Source of the DNA: Pseudomonadota bacterium
GTDB lineage: Bacteria; Pseudomonadota; Gammaproteobacteria; Acidiferrobacterales; UBA6901
Assembly: GCA_021819085.1 (NCBI GenBank)
Contig: JAKASJ010000016.1
Span: forward strand, 6,551-70,550
Length of the DNA stretch: 64,000 nucleotides
Reading direction: 5' to 3'
In this document: one piece after another, positions 11,252 to 23,764 of the stretch
Layout: every line of letters starts with the position of its first letter
How positions within the stretch are numbered: position 1 is the stretch's first letter
Position numbers and translations under genes: made by a program
The notes under the pieces: generated by a model
The model's input: the letters and a program-made list of their open reading frames with translations, nothing else
The model's database searches: none
Told to the model about the DNA's origin: nothing

Positions 11252-11452
11252 GAGAATGGAAGGATCCGGGGAAAGGTTCGATATCGGCGGGGCGGTTGCA
11301 CAGCAGGGTGCACGCAACCGGGCCGGTGCAGATATGGCAAGCCAGGGAAGACCGGCAGCGAAGAACATTAACCTGATAGCGCAATGGAGGAGTGGGAAGA
11401 GGGACGCGCTATCCCTCCCCGGCATGAAGACCGGGTCCCCTCGCGCAGACTG

Positions 11453-11968
11453 ATGAGCCAGAATCCCCGCTTCAAGGTTGGCGATACGGTGTTCTACCCC
11501 GCTGCTGGTGTGGGTCTTATCGAGGCCGTCGAGGATCTGTTCCTGACAGGGCGACGCGAACGCTGTTTTGTGATTCGCATCCATGAGAGCAATGTGACGA
11601 TCAAGGTTCCCCAGGCGAACATGGCGCGCAACGGCATCCGGCCGCTGTTGGCGAGCAGGGAGCTCAAGGACTTGTTCAAGATTCTGGCGGGCCGTTGCCA
11701 GCGCCGCGCGAGCGGTAATCTGCTCGAGCGCTGCCGGGAGCTGGGCCAGAAGGTGCAGGGCGGCTCGCCGACCGATCTTGGCGAAGTTGTCCGGGACCTG
11801 ACCCATTGGAAGTCCCAGACCGGATTGTCCTTCGATGAGCTGAGGCTGCTCGAAACAGCCTGCAAGTATCTGTGCCAGGAGATTGCGGCGGTGGAAGGTA
11901 TCTCGCCTGAGGATGCCTATGACCGGATCCAGCAGCAAATCGGCCTTACCGCCGGCGCGGTGGCCTGA
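11453..11968 (+). CDS. cdnL: CarD/CdnL-family transcriptional regulator
   Basis: N-terminus FKVGDTVFYPAAGVGLIEAVED...VIRIHESNVTIKVP matches the CarD_CdnL_TRCF domain. ATG at 11453 chosen (MSQNPRFKVGD). Confidence 0.8.
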   Translation: MSQNPRFKVGDTVFYPAAGVGLIEAVEDLFLTGRRERCFVIRIHESNVTIKVPQANMARNGIRPLLASRELKDLFKILAGRCQRRASGNLLERCRELGQKVQGGSPTDLGEVVRDLTHWKSQTGLSFDELRLLETACKYLCQEIAAVEGISPEDAYDRIQQQIGLTAGAVA

Positions 11969-12025
11969 TCGTACGCCCGACGACGCTGCATACCGCTGAT
12001 CGAGCCCGATGGGGGCAGATGTCCC

Positions 12026-12736
12026 ATGTTGAACCGCGGCCTTTGGGCACTTGTTCCGGCCGCAGGCAGGGGCAGGCGCATGGGCGCCAAGTGTCCGAAG
12101 CAGTACCTGAAGCTGCGGGACCGCACTGTGCTGCAGCATACGCTTGAGCGCCTGGATGGCTTCGCGCCATTGCAAGGCATCCTCGTCGGTATTGCATCCG
12201 ATGATTCTTACTGGCCGACCCTCTCCATACGGATACCCCGGCTGCTCGGCAGTTTTCCGGGTGGCGCCGAGCGTGCGCATACCGTCCTGAACGGTCTGGA
12301 GGCACTTGCCGCCAGAGCCCGGGACCACGATTGGGTACTGGTGCATGACGCGGTACGCCCCTGTGTTCGTCATGCGGACATGCGCAGACTTATGGATGCG
12401 GTGGGCGACGATCCCGATGGAGGATTGCTGGGATTGCCCCTGGCGGATACGGTAAAGCGCACGGATGATGACGGTCGCGTTATGGCCACCGTCTCCCGTC
12501 ACGGGCTATGGCGGGCGCTGACACCGCAGATCTTTCCGATCGGGGTCCTGCAAGCCGCATTGCAGCGCGCAATCGCCGACGGCATCGAGGTGACCGACGA
12601 AGCGTCAGCGGTGGAGCATGCCGGCGGAAGACCGCGCATGGTTGCCGGGCACGCTGATAATATCAAGATCACCGTACCGGGAGATCTCGCGCTGGCCGAA
12701 CTCTATCTCCAGAGGCAGGCGGCGGAAGCGGACTGA
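12026..12736 (+). CDS. ispD: 2-C-methyl-D-erythritol 4-phosphate cytidylyltransferase
   Basis: 236 aa with [18 protein letters not shown] as in IspD. The stop overlaps the ispF start. Confidence 0.9.
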   Translation: MLNRGLWALVPAAGRGRRMGAKCPKQYLKLRDRTVLQHTLERLDGFAPLQGILVGIASDDSYWPTLSIRIPRLLGSFPGGAERAHTVLNGLEALAARARDHDWVLVHDAVRPCVRHADMRRLMDAVGDDPDGGLLGLPLADTVKRTDDDGRVMATVSRHGLWRALTPQIFPIGVLQAALQRAIADGIEVTDEASAVEHAGGRPRMVAGHADNIKITVPGDLALAELYLQRQAAEAD

Positions 12737-13233
12737 TGCGCATCGGACATGGCTACGACGTCCACCCGCTGAAGGCGGGGCGTGACCTGATTCTTGGCGG
12801 AGTCAAAATTCCGCATCCCAAGGGCCTGGACGGCCACTCCGATGCCGACGTGCTGATCCATGCGATCTGCGACGCCTGCCTGGGTGCCGCCGCGCTTGGC
12901 GACATAGGCCACCATTTTCCGGATTCCGACCCACGCTATCGGGGCATCGACAGCCGCCGGCTGCTGCGCAAGGTATGCGCTGTACTCAAACAGCACGGTT
13001 GGCGTGTGGGGAACCTGGACAGCACCGTGGTAGCCCAGGCGCCCAGGCTGGCGCCGCATATTTCGGGTATGCGCGAAAACATCGCGATGGATCTGGAAAT
13101 CAGCACTGAACAGGTCAACGTCAAGGCGACCACCACCGAGATGATGGGGTTCGCGGGTCGCGAGGAAGGGATGGCCGCGTACGCCGTCGTGCTGCTGCTT
13201 GCCACTGCCCCGGAACCGAAAGCGAGAGCCTGA
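12736..13233 (+). CDS. ispF: 2-C-methyl-D-erythritol 2,4-cyclodiphosphate synthase
   Basis: 165 aa with [10 protein letters not shown]...[17 protein letters not shown]...GDIG.HFP, the canonical IspF signature. Confidence 0.95.
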   Translation: MRIGHGYDVHPLKAGRDLILGGVKIPHPKGLDGHSDADVLIHAICDACLGAAALGDIGHHFPDSDPRYRGIDSRRLLRKVCAVLKQHGWRVGNLDSTVVAQAPRLAPHISGMRENIAMDLEISTEQVNVKATTTEMMGFAGREEGMAAYAVVLLLATAPEPKARA

Positions 13234-13695
13234 GCCCAACCCGCTTGCCGCGAGGAGTTGCCCAGGCAGCTGAGGACAGGTGCGCGTTTCAGAGTCGCCG
13301 TCGAGTGAGGCCATTGCCGGTGTGGCGCTTGGCAGACACGTCAACCCCATGGACAGGCTGGCGGCGCTGGAATGACCCCAGCGTGTTCATGCAGGAGAAA
13401 CCGATATGGACTGCGCGCATCCGGACGCTTATCGTATGATCGGGTGCGGTTACCGCACGGCCTGCGACGCGTCTTATCCTTGAACTGGCATGACGTGCCG
13501 ACCGGCCGCTGGCAACGCTAGACAGGCCGTTGCGGACGGCCGCGAAGCAGGCGGGAATGGCGCAATTTTGCCGCGCGCGGCACTGGCAGCCGGTCCCGTC
13601 CGTACGCAGGCAGACCGTCCGGCAACATCACCACGTTCCGTGATTAGCCCATTGCCATGAACGGCGTCGACTTTCCGTAAGTGGCCGCCGACGGG

Positions 13696-14247
13696 CTAGC
13701 TGCGCCGGAGGAGCACATACACGGCCCCGGTGCCGCCATCCCGCCGCGGCGCAGAGCAGAAGGCCAGTACTTCGTCCTTCTGGCGCAACCAGGAATTGAC
13801 CTTCCCCTTCAGTACCGGAAGTTTCCCTTCGGAACTCAGGCCCTTGCCGTGGATGATGCGTACGCAGCGCCTGCCCTTCGTGCGTGCATCGCGCAGAAAG
13901 TCGGCCACCAGTTCGCGCGCCTCCGCAACGACGCGTCCATGCAGATCGAGCTGCGCCTGGATTGCGTATTGTCCGCGACGCAATTTGCGCCACACCCGTT
14001 GTGACACGCCGGAACGCACGAATGCCAGCTCGTCGCCAGTCTCGATTTCGGCGGGATCGTAGTCATCGGAGAGCAGGCTGTCCATGACCTCCTGCTCATC
14101 CTTGCGGGTTTGGTCCGGCAGCGGCGCGCGGCGCGGCGCGCGCCGCGCGATTCGATCCTGTTCGAGCGGTCGCGCGCTACCGGCAACGCGGCGGAACAGA
14201 TCCCGATCCTCGGGTGAGAGCTTGATCGGACGTTTTTTCGCGGGCAC
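13696..14247 (-). CDS. Smr/MutS2-C domain protein
   Basis: 183 aa. The C-terminal Smr domain reads LDLHGRVVAEARELVADFL...RCVRIIHGKG. Confidence 0.75.
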   Translation of the reverse strand: MPAKKRPIKLSPEDRDLFRRVAGSARPLEQDRIARRAPRRAPLPDQTRKDEQEVMDSLLSDDYDPAEIETGDELAFVRSGVSQRVWRKLRRGQYAIQAQLDLHGRVVAEARELVADFLRDARTKGRRCVRIIHGKGLSSEGKLPVLKGKVNSWLRQKDEVLAFCSAPRRDGGTGAVYVLLRRS

Positions 14248-14313
14248 TCAGCGTTCTCCCACGCACACCGGCGCATCCGCGGCCGCCGGTCAGTCCCTTG
14301 ACCGGCCAGGCGC

Positions 14314-14874
14314 TCAGTGGTCTTCGTGGCGGCGATAGTCGTCGCCACGGTCACCTCGATCACCGTGGTCGCCGCGAAACCTGTCCGGTCCGCGCCCGTG
14401 CCAGTCACCGGGATGGTGGTCCCAGCCGCGGTGCTCGCCACGGTCCTGGAACCTGGGGTAGAACGGCGCCGGTCTGTCCGGACCCCGGTCACGCTGGAAA
14501 CGCTCGTCGGCGTCGCGTTGATAGCGTCTCCAGTCCTCGTTGCGGTACCGGCGAAGTGGAGGCGGCAGCATGCCAAGACGGATTGCCGCCCAGGGACCTC
14601 CGTAATACGGGGACGAGTACCACCGGTCGCTATGACGAACATAGTAGCGTCCCTCGCGGTAGAAGATCGGCTGGCGCGAGCCACGTGCGACGTAGATGCC
14701 GATGTTGGGCAGCCAGACCATGGGTGGTCGCTGGGGCAACGGCAAAAAGAGTCCGGGTAGCGCCGCTTCGATCTGGATGGACACATGCGCGGACGCGGCC
14801 TGTGGTGCGAACGCGGTGGCAGTGCCAAGCAGAACGGATGCCATGATTCCGATGGATGTGTGCGGGATCTTCAT
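14314..14874 (-). CDS. secreted hypothetical protein with D/R/G/H-rich C-terminal tail
   Basis: 186 aa. It has a signal peptide (…GTATAFAPQAASA), an aromatic-rich core (YYVRHSDRWYSSPYYGGPW) and the tail RGPDRFRGDHGDRGDRGDDYRRHEDH. No family recognised. Confidence 0.5.
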   Translation of the reverse strand: MKIPHTSIGIMASVLLGTATAFAPQAASAHVSIQIEAALPGLFLPLPQRPPMVWLPNIGIYVARGSRQPIFYREGRYYVRHSDRWYSSPYYGGPWAAIRLGMLPPPLRRYRNEDWRRYQRDADERFQRDRGPDRPAPFYPRFQDRGEHRGWDHHPGDWHGRGPDRFRGDHGDRGDRGDDYRRHEDH

Positions 14875-14928
14875 GATGATGTGCTTTCCTGGTTTGTCAG
14901 TGGGAGCGAAGACATCGACTTTTAAAAC

Positions 14929-15918
<990 letters not shown>

Positions 15919-16142
15919 TCAGGGGTGGTACTCTAGCGAGTGTCAACATCCAATACAAACCACGTAGAGAATGGGGCTGGCCGCCGGAAAAACAAAGTCT
16001 CGCGGCCGGCGCGGGCCTGGCCGGAAGGGGCCGTCAGGATCGGCCGGACGGGCGGAGCTCCCCCAGTCGCCGATGGCCGGGCTGCGATTATCCTTGGCTT
16101 AGTGCTGACAAAAAGAGAAAATACCGGCCAGTTTGTCCGCAC

Positions 16143-18470
16143 ATGAGAACCGCTGTGGCCCAAGCGACCTGGAAAAAGACCCAAAGAGCACCGCTTTCCC
16201 CCAAAGTCACCCGAATGCTCCGGGAAGCCGGCCTTTATGCTCTGGTGGCCGTGGTCGTTTATCTCCTGGTTTCGCTCTGGACCTACAGCCCGAACGATCC
16301 GGGCTGGTTCCACAGCGGGTTCGGAAACACCGTGGTGAATGCCGGTGGGCGGGCAGGGGCCTGGATATCGGACATTTTTTTCAACTTGTTCGGATTTGTC
16401 GCGTACCTGTTCCCGATTCTGGGACTGGCCACTGCCTGGCGCCAGTTCATGAGCCTGCGGGATTCCAGTCCTCCGGACATCCGTCACCGCGTCCTCATCT
16501 GGATCGGATTCGTCCTGACCATCATCGGTGCCTGCGGCCTTGCCAGCCTGCATTTCGGGCATGCCGCTCCCGGCCTGCCGTTCAACAGCGGCGGTGCCGT
16601 GGGCCAGTCATTCGGCGGCGGTTTGGCGGCGATCTTCAGCTTCGTCGGAGCGACGATCTTCCTTCTGGCCCTTTTCCTGTCCGGCGTGACGCTGTTCACC
16701 GGACTTTCCTGGCTACGGGCGATGGACCTCGTGGGCAAATGGGCCATCGTGCTGTCCGGGTATGCCCGCTACGGGTTCGGAGTCCTGGCCGACTACGTTA
16801 TCGGCCTGCGCGCCAAGCGCATTCGCCAGGAAACCGTGGCGGTGGAGAAGAAGACGCTCGAAAAACATCCGCCCCCGCGCATCGAGCCCGTGATCAAGGC
16901 GCCCACACAGAGCGTGCGGGTAGAGCGCGAGAAGCAGGTTCCTCTGTTTACCGATCTTCCGGCCAGCGGCGAGTTGCCGCCGCTGTCGCTGCTCGATCCG
17001 CCGGACGAGGTGAAGGTGTCATTTTCCGACCAGACGCTTGCCATGATGTCGCAGCTCGTTGTTAAGAAGCTCAGCGATTTCAATATCGAAGTGCAGGTGG
17101 TGGCGGTGCATCCTGGTCCGGTGATCACGCGTTTCGAGATCGATCCGGCGCCAGGCGTAAAAGCCAGTCAGATCACCAATCTTGCGAAGGACCTTGCACG
17201 CTCGCTGTCGGTTGTCAGTTTGCGCGTGGTCGAGAATATTCCAGGAAAATCGGTCATCGGCATCGAGGTCCCGAACGAGAGCCGCGAGATTGTGCGCCTG
17301 AGCGAAGGACTGTCCTCCCAGGCATACGAGGATGTCAATTCTCCGCTCGCCCTGGCGCTGGGGAAAGATATAGGCGGAAACCCGGTGATCACTGACCTCG
17401 GGAAGATGCCGCACCTGCTGATTGCCGGCACCACCGGTTCGGGCAAATCAGTGTGCATCAATGCCCTGATCCTCAGTCTGGTGTACAAGTCCACGCCCGA
17501 CCAGGTGCGCATGATCATGGTGGATCCGAAAATGCTGGAGCTTGCCGTGTACGAGGGCATCCCGCATCTGCTGGCGCCGGTCGTCACGGACATGAAGGAG
17601 GCCGCCAACGTGCTGCGCTGGGCGCTCGGCGAGATGGAGCGGCGATATCGGTTGATGGCCGCGCTCGGTGTCCGCAACATCGCCGGCTACAACCATAAGA
17701 TCAAAGATGCGATCAAGGCCGGAAAGCCGATCCTGGATCCGTTTGCCGAGTCCCTGGATGGTGAGGAGCCGGCAACGCTCGGCAATTTGCACTATATCGT
17801 GATTCTGATCGACGAGCTTGCTGACATGATGATGGTCGTCGGCAAGAAGGTCGAGGAGTTGATCGCACGGCTCGCGCAGAAGGCGCGCGCCGCCGGTATA
17901 CACCTGATTCTGGCAACGCAGCGGCCGTCGGTGGATGTGATCACCGGACTTATAAAGGCCAACATCCCGGCACGCATCGCGTTTCAGGTTTCGGCGCGGG
18001 TCGATTCGCGCACGATCCTCGACCAGATGGGTGCCGAGCAACTTCTCGGTCAGGGCGACATGCTGTTTCTGCAGCCCGGCACCGGCGTGCCGACGCGCGT
18101 GCACGGCGCATTCGTCGCCGACAACGAAGTACACAAGGTCGTCAGCTTTCTCAAGAAGAGCGGCAGACCCAATTACGACGAAACCATTCTGAGCGGCGAG
18201 GTCCAAGGGATAGATGTCCCCGACGCGGGGTCGTCCAGTGGCGAGCCGGGAGGCGGTGGAGGCGAAGATGACCCGCTTTATGACCAGGCGCTCAAGATCG
18301 TGACCGAGAGCCGGCGTGCGTCCATTTCGGGTGTGCAGCGCAGGCTGCGTATCGGATATAACCGCGCCGCGCGCCTGATCGAAGAAATGGAGAAGTCGGG
18401 CGTGGTAGGCCCGCTTCAGCCGAACGGAAGCCGCGAGGTGCTTGCGCCCCCACCCCCGCCGCGCGACTAG
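16143..18470 (+). CDS. ftsK: DNA translocase FtsK
   Basis: 775 aa. N-terminal transmembrane segments, the motor domain with Walker [10 protein letters not shown], and a C-terminal gamma domain ([23 protein letters not shown]). Confidence 0.95.
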   Translation: MRTAVAQATWKKTQRAPLSPKVTRMLREAGLYALVAVVVYLLVSLWTYSPNDPGWFHSGFGNTVVNAGGRAGAWISDIFFNLFGFVAYLFPILGLATAWRQFMSLRDSSPPDIRHRVLIWIGFVLTIIGACGLASLHFGHAAPGLPFNSGGAVGQSFGGGLAAIFSFVGATIFLLALFLSGVTLFTGLSWLRAMDLVGKWAIVLSGYARYGFGVLADYVIGLRAKRIRQETVAVEKKTLEKHPPPRIEPVIKAPTQSVRVEREKQVPLFTDLPASGELPPLSLLDPPDEVKVSFSDQTLAMMSQLVVKKLSDFNIEVQVVAVHPGPVITRFEIDPAPGVKASQITNLAKDLARSLSVVSLRVVENIPGKSVIGIEVPNESREIVRLSEGLSSQAYEDVNSPLALALGKDIGGNPVITDLGKMPHLLIAGTTGSGKSVCINALILSLVYKSTPDQVRMIMVDPKMLELAVYEGIPHLLAPVVTDMKEAANVLRWALGEMERRYRLMAALGVRNIAGYNHKIKDAIKAGKPILDPFAESLDGEEPATLGNLHYIVILIDELADMMMVVGKKVEELIARLAQKARAAGIHLILATQRPSVDVITGLIKANIPARIAFQVSARVDSRTILDQMGAEQLLGQGDMLFLQPGTGVPTRVHGAFVADNEVHKVVSFLKKSGRPNYDETILSGEVQGIDVPDAGSSSGEPGGGGGEDDPLYDQALKIVTESRRASISGVQRRLRIGYNRAARLIEEMEKSGVVGPLQPNGSREVLAPPPPPRD

Positions 18471-18492
18471 CGCCGAGCGCATGAGGTTGTGA

Positions 18493-19140
18493 ATGAAACC
18501 CGATTCGTCTTGTCGTTTCTTGTGGTGCCTGCGGCTGGCCGTCACGCTCGCCGGGTTGATGTCTCTGGCTACGGTTGCCCATGCGTCGGCAATCTCGAGC
18601 CTCAATCGCTTCTATCGCGATGTGCACACGTACAGCGCCAAATTTGACCAGGTCGTGCTGGACGAGGCGCTCAATCCGATCCAGGAATCGTCCGGAACGC
18701 TCTGGATCGAGCGCCCGGGAAAATTCCGCTGGGACTACGATGTTCCGTACAAGCAGATCATCGTCGGTGACGGCAGGAAGATCTGGGTGTACGACAAGGA
18801 ACTGCAGCAGGTCACGGTGCGCCGCATGGCCGGCGGGCTCGGCAATACGCCGGCCATTCTTCTGGCCGGGACCGGCAGCCTTACCGCGCACTTTCAGGTC
18901 GAGAACATGGGGCGCCAGGGCCGGCTGGACTGGGTGCGCATGAAGCCGAAGGTGCGCGACGGAGGTTTCCGGGACATCCGCATCGGGTTCAGAGGAGACC
19001 AGGTGCGTTCACTGGTCATGGTGGACAGTTTCGGGCAGACCACGCGCATCACTCTGACCGATGTGCATGAGAATGCGCACATCGATCCCGGGCGCTTCCG
19101 GTTCACGCCGCCGAAAGGTGTAGATGTGGTCGGCGAATGA
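18493..19140 (+). CDS. lolA: outer-membrane lipoprotein carrier protein LolA
   Basis: 215 aa with a signal peptide and F.Q........[24 protein letters not shown], as in LolA. It occupies the conserved ftsK-lolA-rarA position. Confidence 0.85.
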   Translation: MKPDSSCRFLWCLRLAVTLAGLMSLATVAHASAISSLNRFYRDVHTYSAKFDQVVLDEALNPIQESSGTLWIERPGKFRWDYDVPYKQIIVGDGRKIWVYDKELQQVTVRRMAGGLGNTPAILLAGTGSLTAHFQVENMGRQGRLDWVRMKPKVRDGGFRDIRIGFRGDQVRSLVMVDSFGQTTRITLTDVHENAHIDPGRFRFTPPKGVDVVGE

Positions 19141-20480
19141 GCATGGCACCGAATGCTGCCGATCTCCACGCCGGCGGGCACGTGGACCCGCCTCTGGCCG
19201 ATCGCATGCGTCCGGCGCGCATCGAGGATTTTGTCGGGCAACCGCATCTGCTCGGACCGGGCAAGGCGTTGCGGCGGGCGATCGAATCGGAAAACCCGCA
19301 CTCCATGATCCTGTGGGGTCCTCCGGGCACCGGCAAGACCACGCTGGCCCGGCTCATCGCCGCGCGCAGCGGTGCACATTTCATCGGCCTGTCGGCGGTG
19401 TTCGCCGGGGTCAAGGACATCCGCGCCGCAGTCGATGAGGCCACGCGGCTGCGGCGCGAAGCGCGTCGCAGCACGGTTCTGTTCGTCGATGAGGTACATC
19501 GATTCAACAAGGCGCAGCAGGACGGTTTCCTGCCGTATGTCGAGGATGGCACCCTGACGTTCATTGGTGCCACCACCGAGAATCCGTCGTTCGAACTCAA
19601 CAAGGCCCTGCTGTCGCGTGCCCGGGTGTACGTGCTCAAGGCACTGCAGCCCGGCGACATCCGCCGGCTCATCGACCGTGCGCTGGACGATCGGGAATGC
19701 GGTCTGGGAAACCTCGGACTCGACATGCCGCAGGCGCTGCGTGACATCCTGAGCGCGGCCGCCGATGGCGACGCGCGCCGCGCTTTGAATCTCCTGGAGC
19801 TTGCTGCTGACCTGGCCGAGCCGCGCGGCGGCCGGCTTACCATCACCGAGGAGAGCGTGCAGGAACTTGTCAGCGGCGGTGTGCGCCGTTTCGACAAGGG
19901 TGGCGAGGTTTTTTATGACCAGATCTCGGCGCTTCACAAGTCGGTGCGCGGTTCGTCTCCGGACGCCGCGCTCTACTGGCTGGCGCGCATGCTGGACGGC
20001 GGATGCGATCCGCTGTATGTCGCACGCCGCGTGGTACGCATGGCGAGCGAGGACATCGGCAATGCCGATCCGCGCGGCCTGGAGATCGCGCTCAATGCCT
20101 GGGACGTGCAGGAGCGCCTGGGCAGCCCGGAGGGGGAGCTTGCCATAGCCCAGGCCGTTGTTTACCTGGCGTGCGCGCCAAAGAGCAATGCCGTCTACAC
20201 GGCTTTCGGCGCTGCCCGCGAGGACGTACGTACTGGCGGTTCTCTCGAGGTGCCACTGCGTCTGCGCAACGCACCGACCGGGCTGATGAAGGATCTCGGC
20301 TACGGCGGGCACTACCGCTACGCACACGATGAGCCGGAAGCCTATGCTGCCGGCGAGAACTATTTTCCGGATGAGCTGGCGGGCAGGCGCTATTATCGTC
20401 CGGTTGCGCGCGGGCTGGAGCAGAAGATTGCCGAACGCCTCGCCCATCTGCGCGATCTGGATAAAAAGCGCGGCAACTGA
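19137..20480 (+). CDS. rarA: replication-associated recombination protein A
   Basis: 447 aa with LADRMRP, Walker [24 protein letters not shown], and the C-terminal MgsA region [11 protein letters not shown]. Confidence 0.95.
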   Translation: MSMAPNAADLHAGGHVDPPLADRMRPARIEDFVGQPHLLGPGKALRRAIESENPHSMILWGPPGTGKTTLARLIAARSGAHFIGLSAVFAGVKDIRAAVDEATRLRREARRSTVLFVDEVHRFNKAQQDGFLPYVEDGTLTFIGATTENPSFELNKALLSRARVYVLKALQPGDIRRLIDRALDDRECGLGNLGLDMPQALRDILSAAADGDARRALNLLELAADLAEPRGGRLTITEESVQELVSGGVRRFDKGGEVFYDQISALHKSVRGSSPDAALYWLARMLDGGCDPLYVARRVVRMASEDIGNADPRGLEIALNAWDVQERLGSPEGELAIAQAVVYLACAPKSNAVYTAFGAAREDVRTGGSLEVPLRLRNAPTGLMKDLGYGGHYRYAHDEPEAYAAGENYFPDELAGRRYYRPVARGLEQKIAERLAHLRDLDKKRGN

Positions 20481-21679
20481 GGTCTTCCGCGCTGCGGCCA
20501 TCGGCTGTCATGTCGCGGAGAGGGCACAGGATGGCCAAAGTGCCTGCCTGAGCACCGGCCTCGATGGGTCGTGCCGCTGAATCCATCTCACGCGCCGTAC
20601 TGACCGGGCGATGTACCGGCAATCCGGGCCGTGTCCTGGGCGCGTGGTTGAAGCGTCGTCTGTGCTGCGCCCCTTCTTCGCATCTTGCATGCACCGTGCA
20701 CCATCCGCGATTTTCTTGTACACGAGACCGAGAGTATGTGTGGCGCACGGCGCGACGATCAGCGCGGATCGCCTGAACTCGAATCGGGACGCCGACGGCA
20801 TCGAAACTATCCACGAGGACCGAGCCAGGGCGTTCGTGCATGCAACGGGGCGCAGGCGCCATGGCGACGTTTGGGAGTATCTTGCGCGTACAATTGTCGC
20901 CATCGGCCAGGAAGCGATCAGCCATCGGGCTAAGTGCGCTACGGCACGGAACGGCCCTCGCCCTGAGCATACCCTGACATTTCGCGTGAAGTTGCACCGT
21001 CGATGATACGGATTTCGTTGCGACGGGAACCTGCGTGGAGCGTAATGACGAACCGGATGATGGACAAATGTAAAAATGGCCAGTGGCAGTCGATTTACGC
21101 GCGCAACTGCAGTACGGCAGTCATGTTGTTCAATTCACCCTCGCACCCCGAATAGGCGCTGACCGAACCGCAGAAGGCCGGATGCGACAGGAAACATGGT
21201 TGGCTGCGGCGCCCGGTTGTCACGCCGCGGAGCACGTCAGCGTCCCATACAGCTCGCGGAAGAAGATGACGCCCGTGGCCAGGCAGACTGGAAAGAATTT
21301 GGAGCGGCTTGTTTCCTGATGCCCGGCGGCGACCGTGGGTTCCGGTGGACTGAAGCGCACGTGGCTTACGGCATCGATATTGCGTGAGCGTGTCATCCTT
21401 GCGCATGAATCGGTGATTGCGCGGGGAAGTTTGCATTGATTATGCAAGGAGCACACGATTATGTCGCCAGCATGGAAACGCATCCGGCAGAACACCGGAT
21501 CCGGCGCGATCGATCACCATGGGTCGGCAGTCTGAGCCGCAGCGTCCGGAGCCAGACAGCGGGGTTTTCCTGCTGCTTCCTCGGCAGGCGAAACTGTCGG
21601 ATTGGTCTGCTGTCTTAGACGTAAGTTGCGACGTAACAGACGATCGGGCGCATGCTGGAAAAAGCCCAAGGACAATCAT

Positions 21680-23764
21680 ATGAGTGACGAGTCTTCGACC
21701 GCAATAACCGCCTCTTCCTTGGATGAGCTAAGTATTAACACCCTGCGTTTCCTTTCGGTAGATGCCGTGCAAAAGGCAAACAGCGGGCATCCGGGGCTGC
21801 CGCTGGGCGCGGCGGCGATGGCCTATGTGCTGTGGACGCGGTTCCTCAAACACCATCCGGCCAATCCACACTGGTTCGACCGCGACCGCTTTGTCCTTTC
21901 CGCCGGACACGGATCAATGCTGCTTTACAGCCTGCTTCACCTTACCGGTTATGCATTGCCTCTGGAACAGATCAAGCAGTTCCGTCAATGGGGCAGCATG
22001 ACCCCGGGGCACCCGGAGCGCGGCCTCACCCCGGGTGTGGAAACCACGACCGGCCCCCTGGGCCAGGGGTTCGGTAATGGCGTTGGCATGGCCATGGCCG
22101 AGGCCCACCTGGCGGCGCGCTACAACCGTCCAGGTTTTAGGGTCATTGATCATTACACCTACGGTATCGTCAGCGACGGCGACCTGATGGAAGGTATTGC
22201 GTCGGAGTCGGCCTCGCTCGCCGGTCATTTGCAGCTCGGCAAACTGATTTATCTGTACGATAACAATCACGTCACGCTCTCCGCCGGAACTGCGATCACC
22301 TTCACCGAGAATTGCGCGCGCCGCTTCGAGGCGTATGGCTGGCATACGCTGGCGGTCATGGATGGAAACGACCTGGCCGAGATCGAGCGCGCACTGGAAA
22401 GCGCACGCTCCGAAACACAGCGACCGTCGCTGATTCTGCTGCATACCCATCTTGGGTTCGGATCGCCGCACAAACAGGACAGTTTCGAAGCGCACGGTTC
22501 ACCACTGGGGACGGCAGAGGTGCGGCTGACGAAAGAGAACCTGGGCTGGCCGACGGAGCCGCCGTTTTACATTCCGGAGCCGGTGCGTGCGCATTTTCTA
22601 CAGGCAGTCGAGCGGGGCGGGCGGGCCGAGGCAGCGTGGAACGAGAAATTTTCCGCCTATGTGCGAGCCTTTCCCGAACTGGCCCGGGAACTACAGCAGC
22701 TGATGCGCGGCGATTTGCCTGTCGGCTGGGATGCCGATATCCCCCGGTTCATGGTCGACGCCAAAGGCCTGGCCACCCGCGTCGCCTCGGGCAGAATCAT
22801 GAACGCCATCGCACCGCGCCTGCCGGCGCTGATCGGTGGCTCGGCCGATCTGGACCCCTCGACCTACACCGCGCTGAACGGGATGGGAGACTTCGAAGCA
22901 TCGGGAGCGGGTCGCAGCGACAAGCAGGGTTCCGACGGCGGCGGGTGGTCGTACGCCGGCCGCAATCTGCATTTCGGCGTGCGCGAGCACGCCATGGGGT
23001 CGATCATGAACGGCCTGGCCGTGCACGGAGGGACCCTGCCATTCGGTGCAACGTTTCTGGTGTTTTCGGATTATATGCGGCCACCGATGCGCCTTGCCGC
23101 TCTGATGGGGTTGCACGTGGTCTACGTGTTCACTCATGACAGCATTGCGCTGGGCGAGGACGGCTCCACGCATCAGCCGGTCGAACAACTTGCCAGCTTG
23201 CGCGCGATTCCGCGTCTGACTGTCATTCGCCCCGGCGACGCCAATGAGACCGCCGTCGCGTGGCGCGTTGCCTTGACGACACGCGATCGACCGGTGGCGC
23301 TGGTGCTGACGCGACAAGCCGTGCCAACGCTCGACCGCACACTGTATGCTGACGCCGATGGCTTGCAAAATGGCGCGTACATCCTGGCCGATGATCCAAG
23401 CGGCAAGCCTGATCTGATTATCATGGCCAGCGGCTCTGAAATTGGTCTGGTCGTGGCGGCCAGACAGCAGTTGATGGAGAAAAAAGTCCGGGTGCGCATT
23501 GTCTCGATGCCAAGCTGGGAACTGTTCGAGGCGCAGTCGCAGGCATACCGTGATACGGTGCTGCCGCCCGCGGTCAAAGGCAGACTCGCGGTCGAGGCCG
23601 GTGTGTCACAGGGTTGGCACCGTTATGTCGGCAGCTGCGGCGATGTGCTCGCCGTGGACCGATTTGGCGCCTCGGCTCCCGGTGAAGTGATGATGCGCGA
23701 GTATGGGTTTACCGTAGAAAATGTATGCCGGCGGGCTGTTTCCATTCTGGAAACTTTGCCCTGA
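21680..23764 (+). CDS. tkt: transketolase
   Basis: N-terminus [45 protein letters not shown], and the TPP/pyrimidine-binding regions. ATG at 21680 (AAGGA 7 nt upstream) is preferred to the ORF-track start at 21602. Confidence 0.95.
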   Translation: MSDESSTAITASSLDELSINTLRFLSVDAVQKANSGHPGLPLGAAAMAYVLWTRFLKHHPANPHWFDRDRFVLSAGHGSMLLYSLLHLTGYALPLEQIKQFRQWGSMTPGHPERGLTPGVETTTGPLGQGFGNGVGMAMAEAHLAARYNRPGFRVIDHYTYGIVSDGDLMEGIASESASLAGHLQLGKLIYLYDNNHVTLSAGTAITFTENCARRFEAYGWHTLAVMDGNDLAEIERALESARSETQRPSLILLHTHLGFGSPHKQDSFEAHGSPLGTAEVRLTKENLGWPTEPPFYIPEPVRAHFLQAVERGGRAEAAWNEKFSAYVRAFPELARELQQLMRGDLPVGWDADIPRFMVDAKGLATRVASGRIMNAIAPRLPALIGGSADLDPSTYTALNGMGDFEASGAGRSDKQGSDGGGWSYAGRNLHFGVREHAMGSIMNGLAVHGGTLPFGATFLVFSDYMRPPMRLAALMGLHVVYVFTHDSIALGEDGSTHQPVEQLASLRAIPRLTVIRPGDANETAVAWRVALTTRDRPVALVLTRQAVPTLDRTLYADADGLQNGAYILADDPSGKPDLIIMASGSEIGLVVAARQQLMEKKVRVRIVSMPSWELFEAQSQAYRDTVLPPAVKGRLAVEAGVSQGWHRYVGSCGDVLAVDRFGASAPGEVMMREYGFTVENVCRRAVSILETLP

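Noticed and set aside
11123-12502. 459-aa minus-strand ORF spanning cdnL and ispD
   Set aside because: It is antisense to two well-supported genes, has an Arg/Ala/Pro/Gly-rich composition and shows no motifs. This is a typical shadow ORF of a GC-rich genome.
13406-13483. 25-codon ORF MDCAHPDAYRMIGCGYRTACDASYP with a good SD (AGGAG 8 nt upstream) in the ispF-smr spacer
   Set aside because: It is too short to separate from chance. There are no neighbouring maturation or transport genes that would suggest a RiPP or leader peptide, and no recognisable family.
20481-21679. Decayed serS (expected after rarA in classical synteny)
   Set aside because: I found no class-II aaRS motifs or an MLD..LLR-type N-terminus in any frame. 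serS is also essential and is presumably elsewhere.
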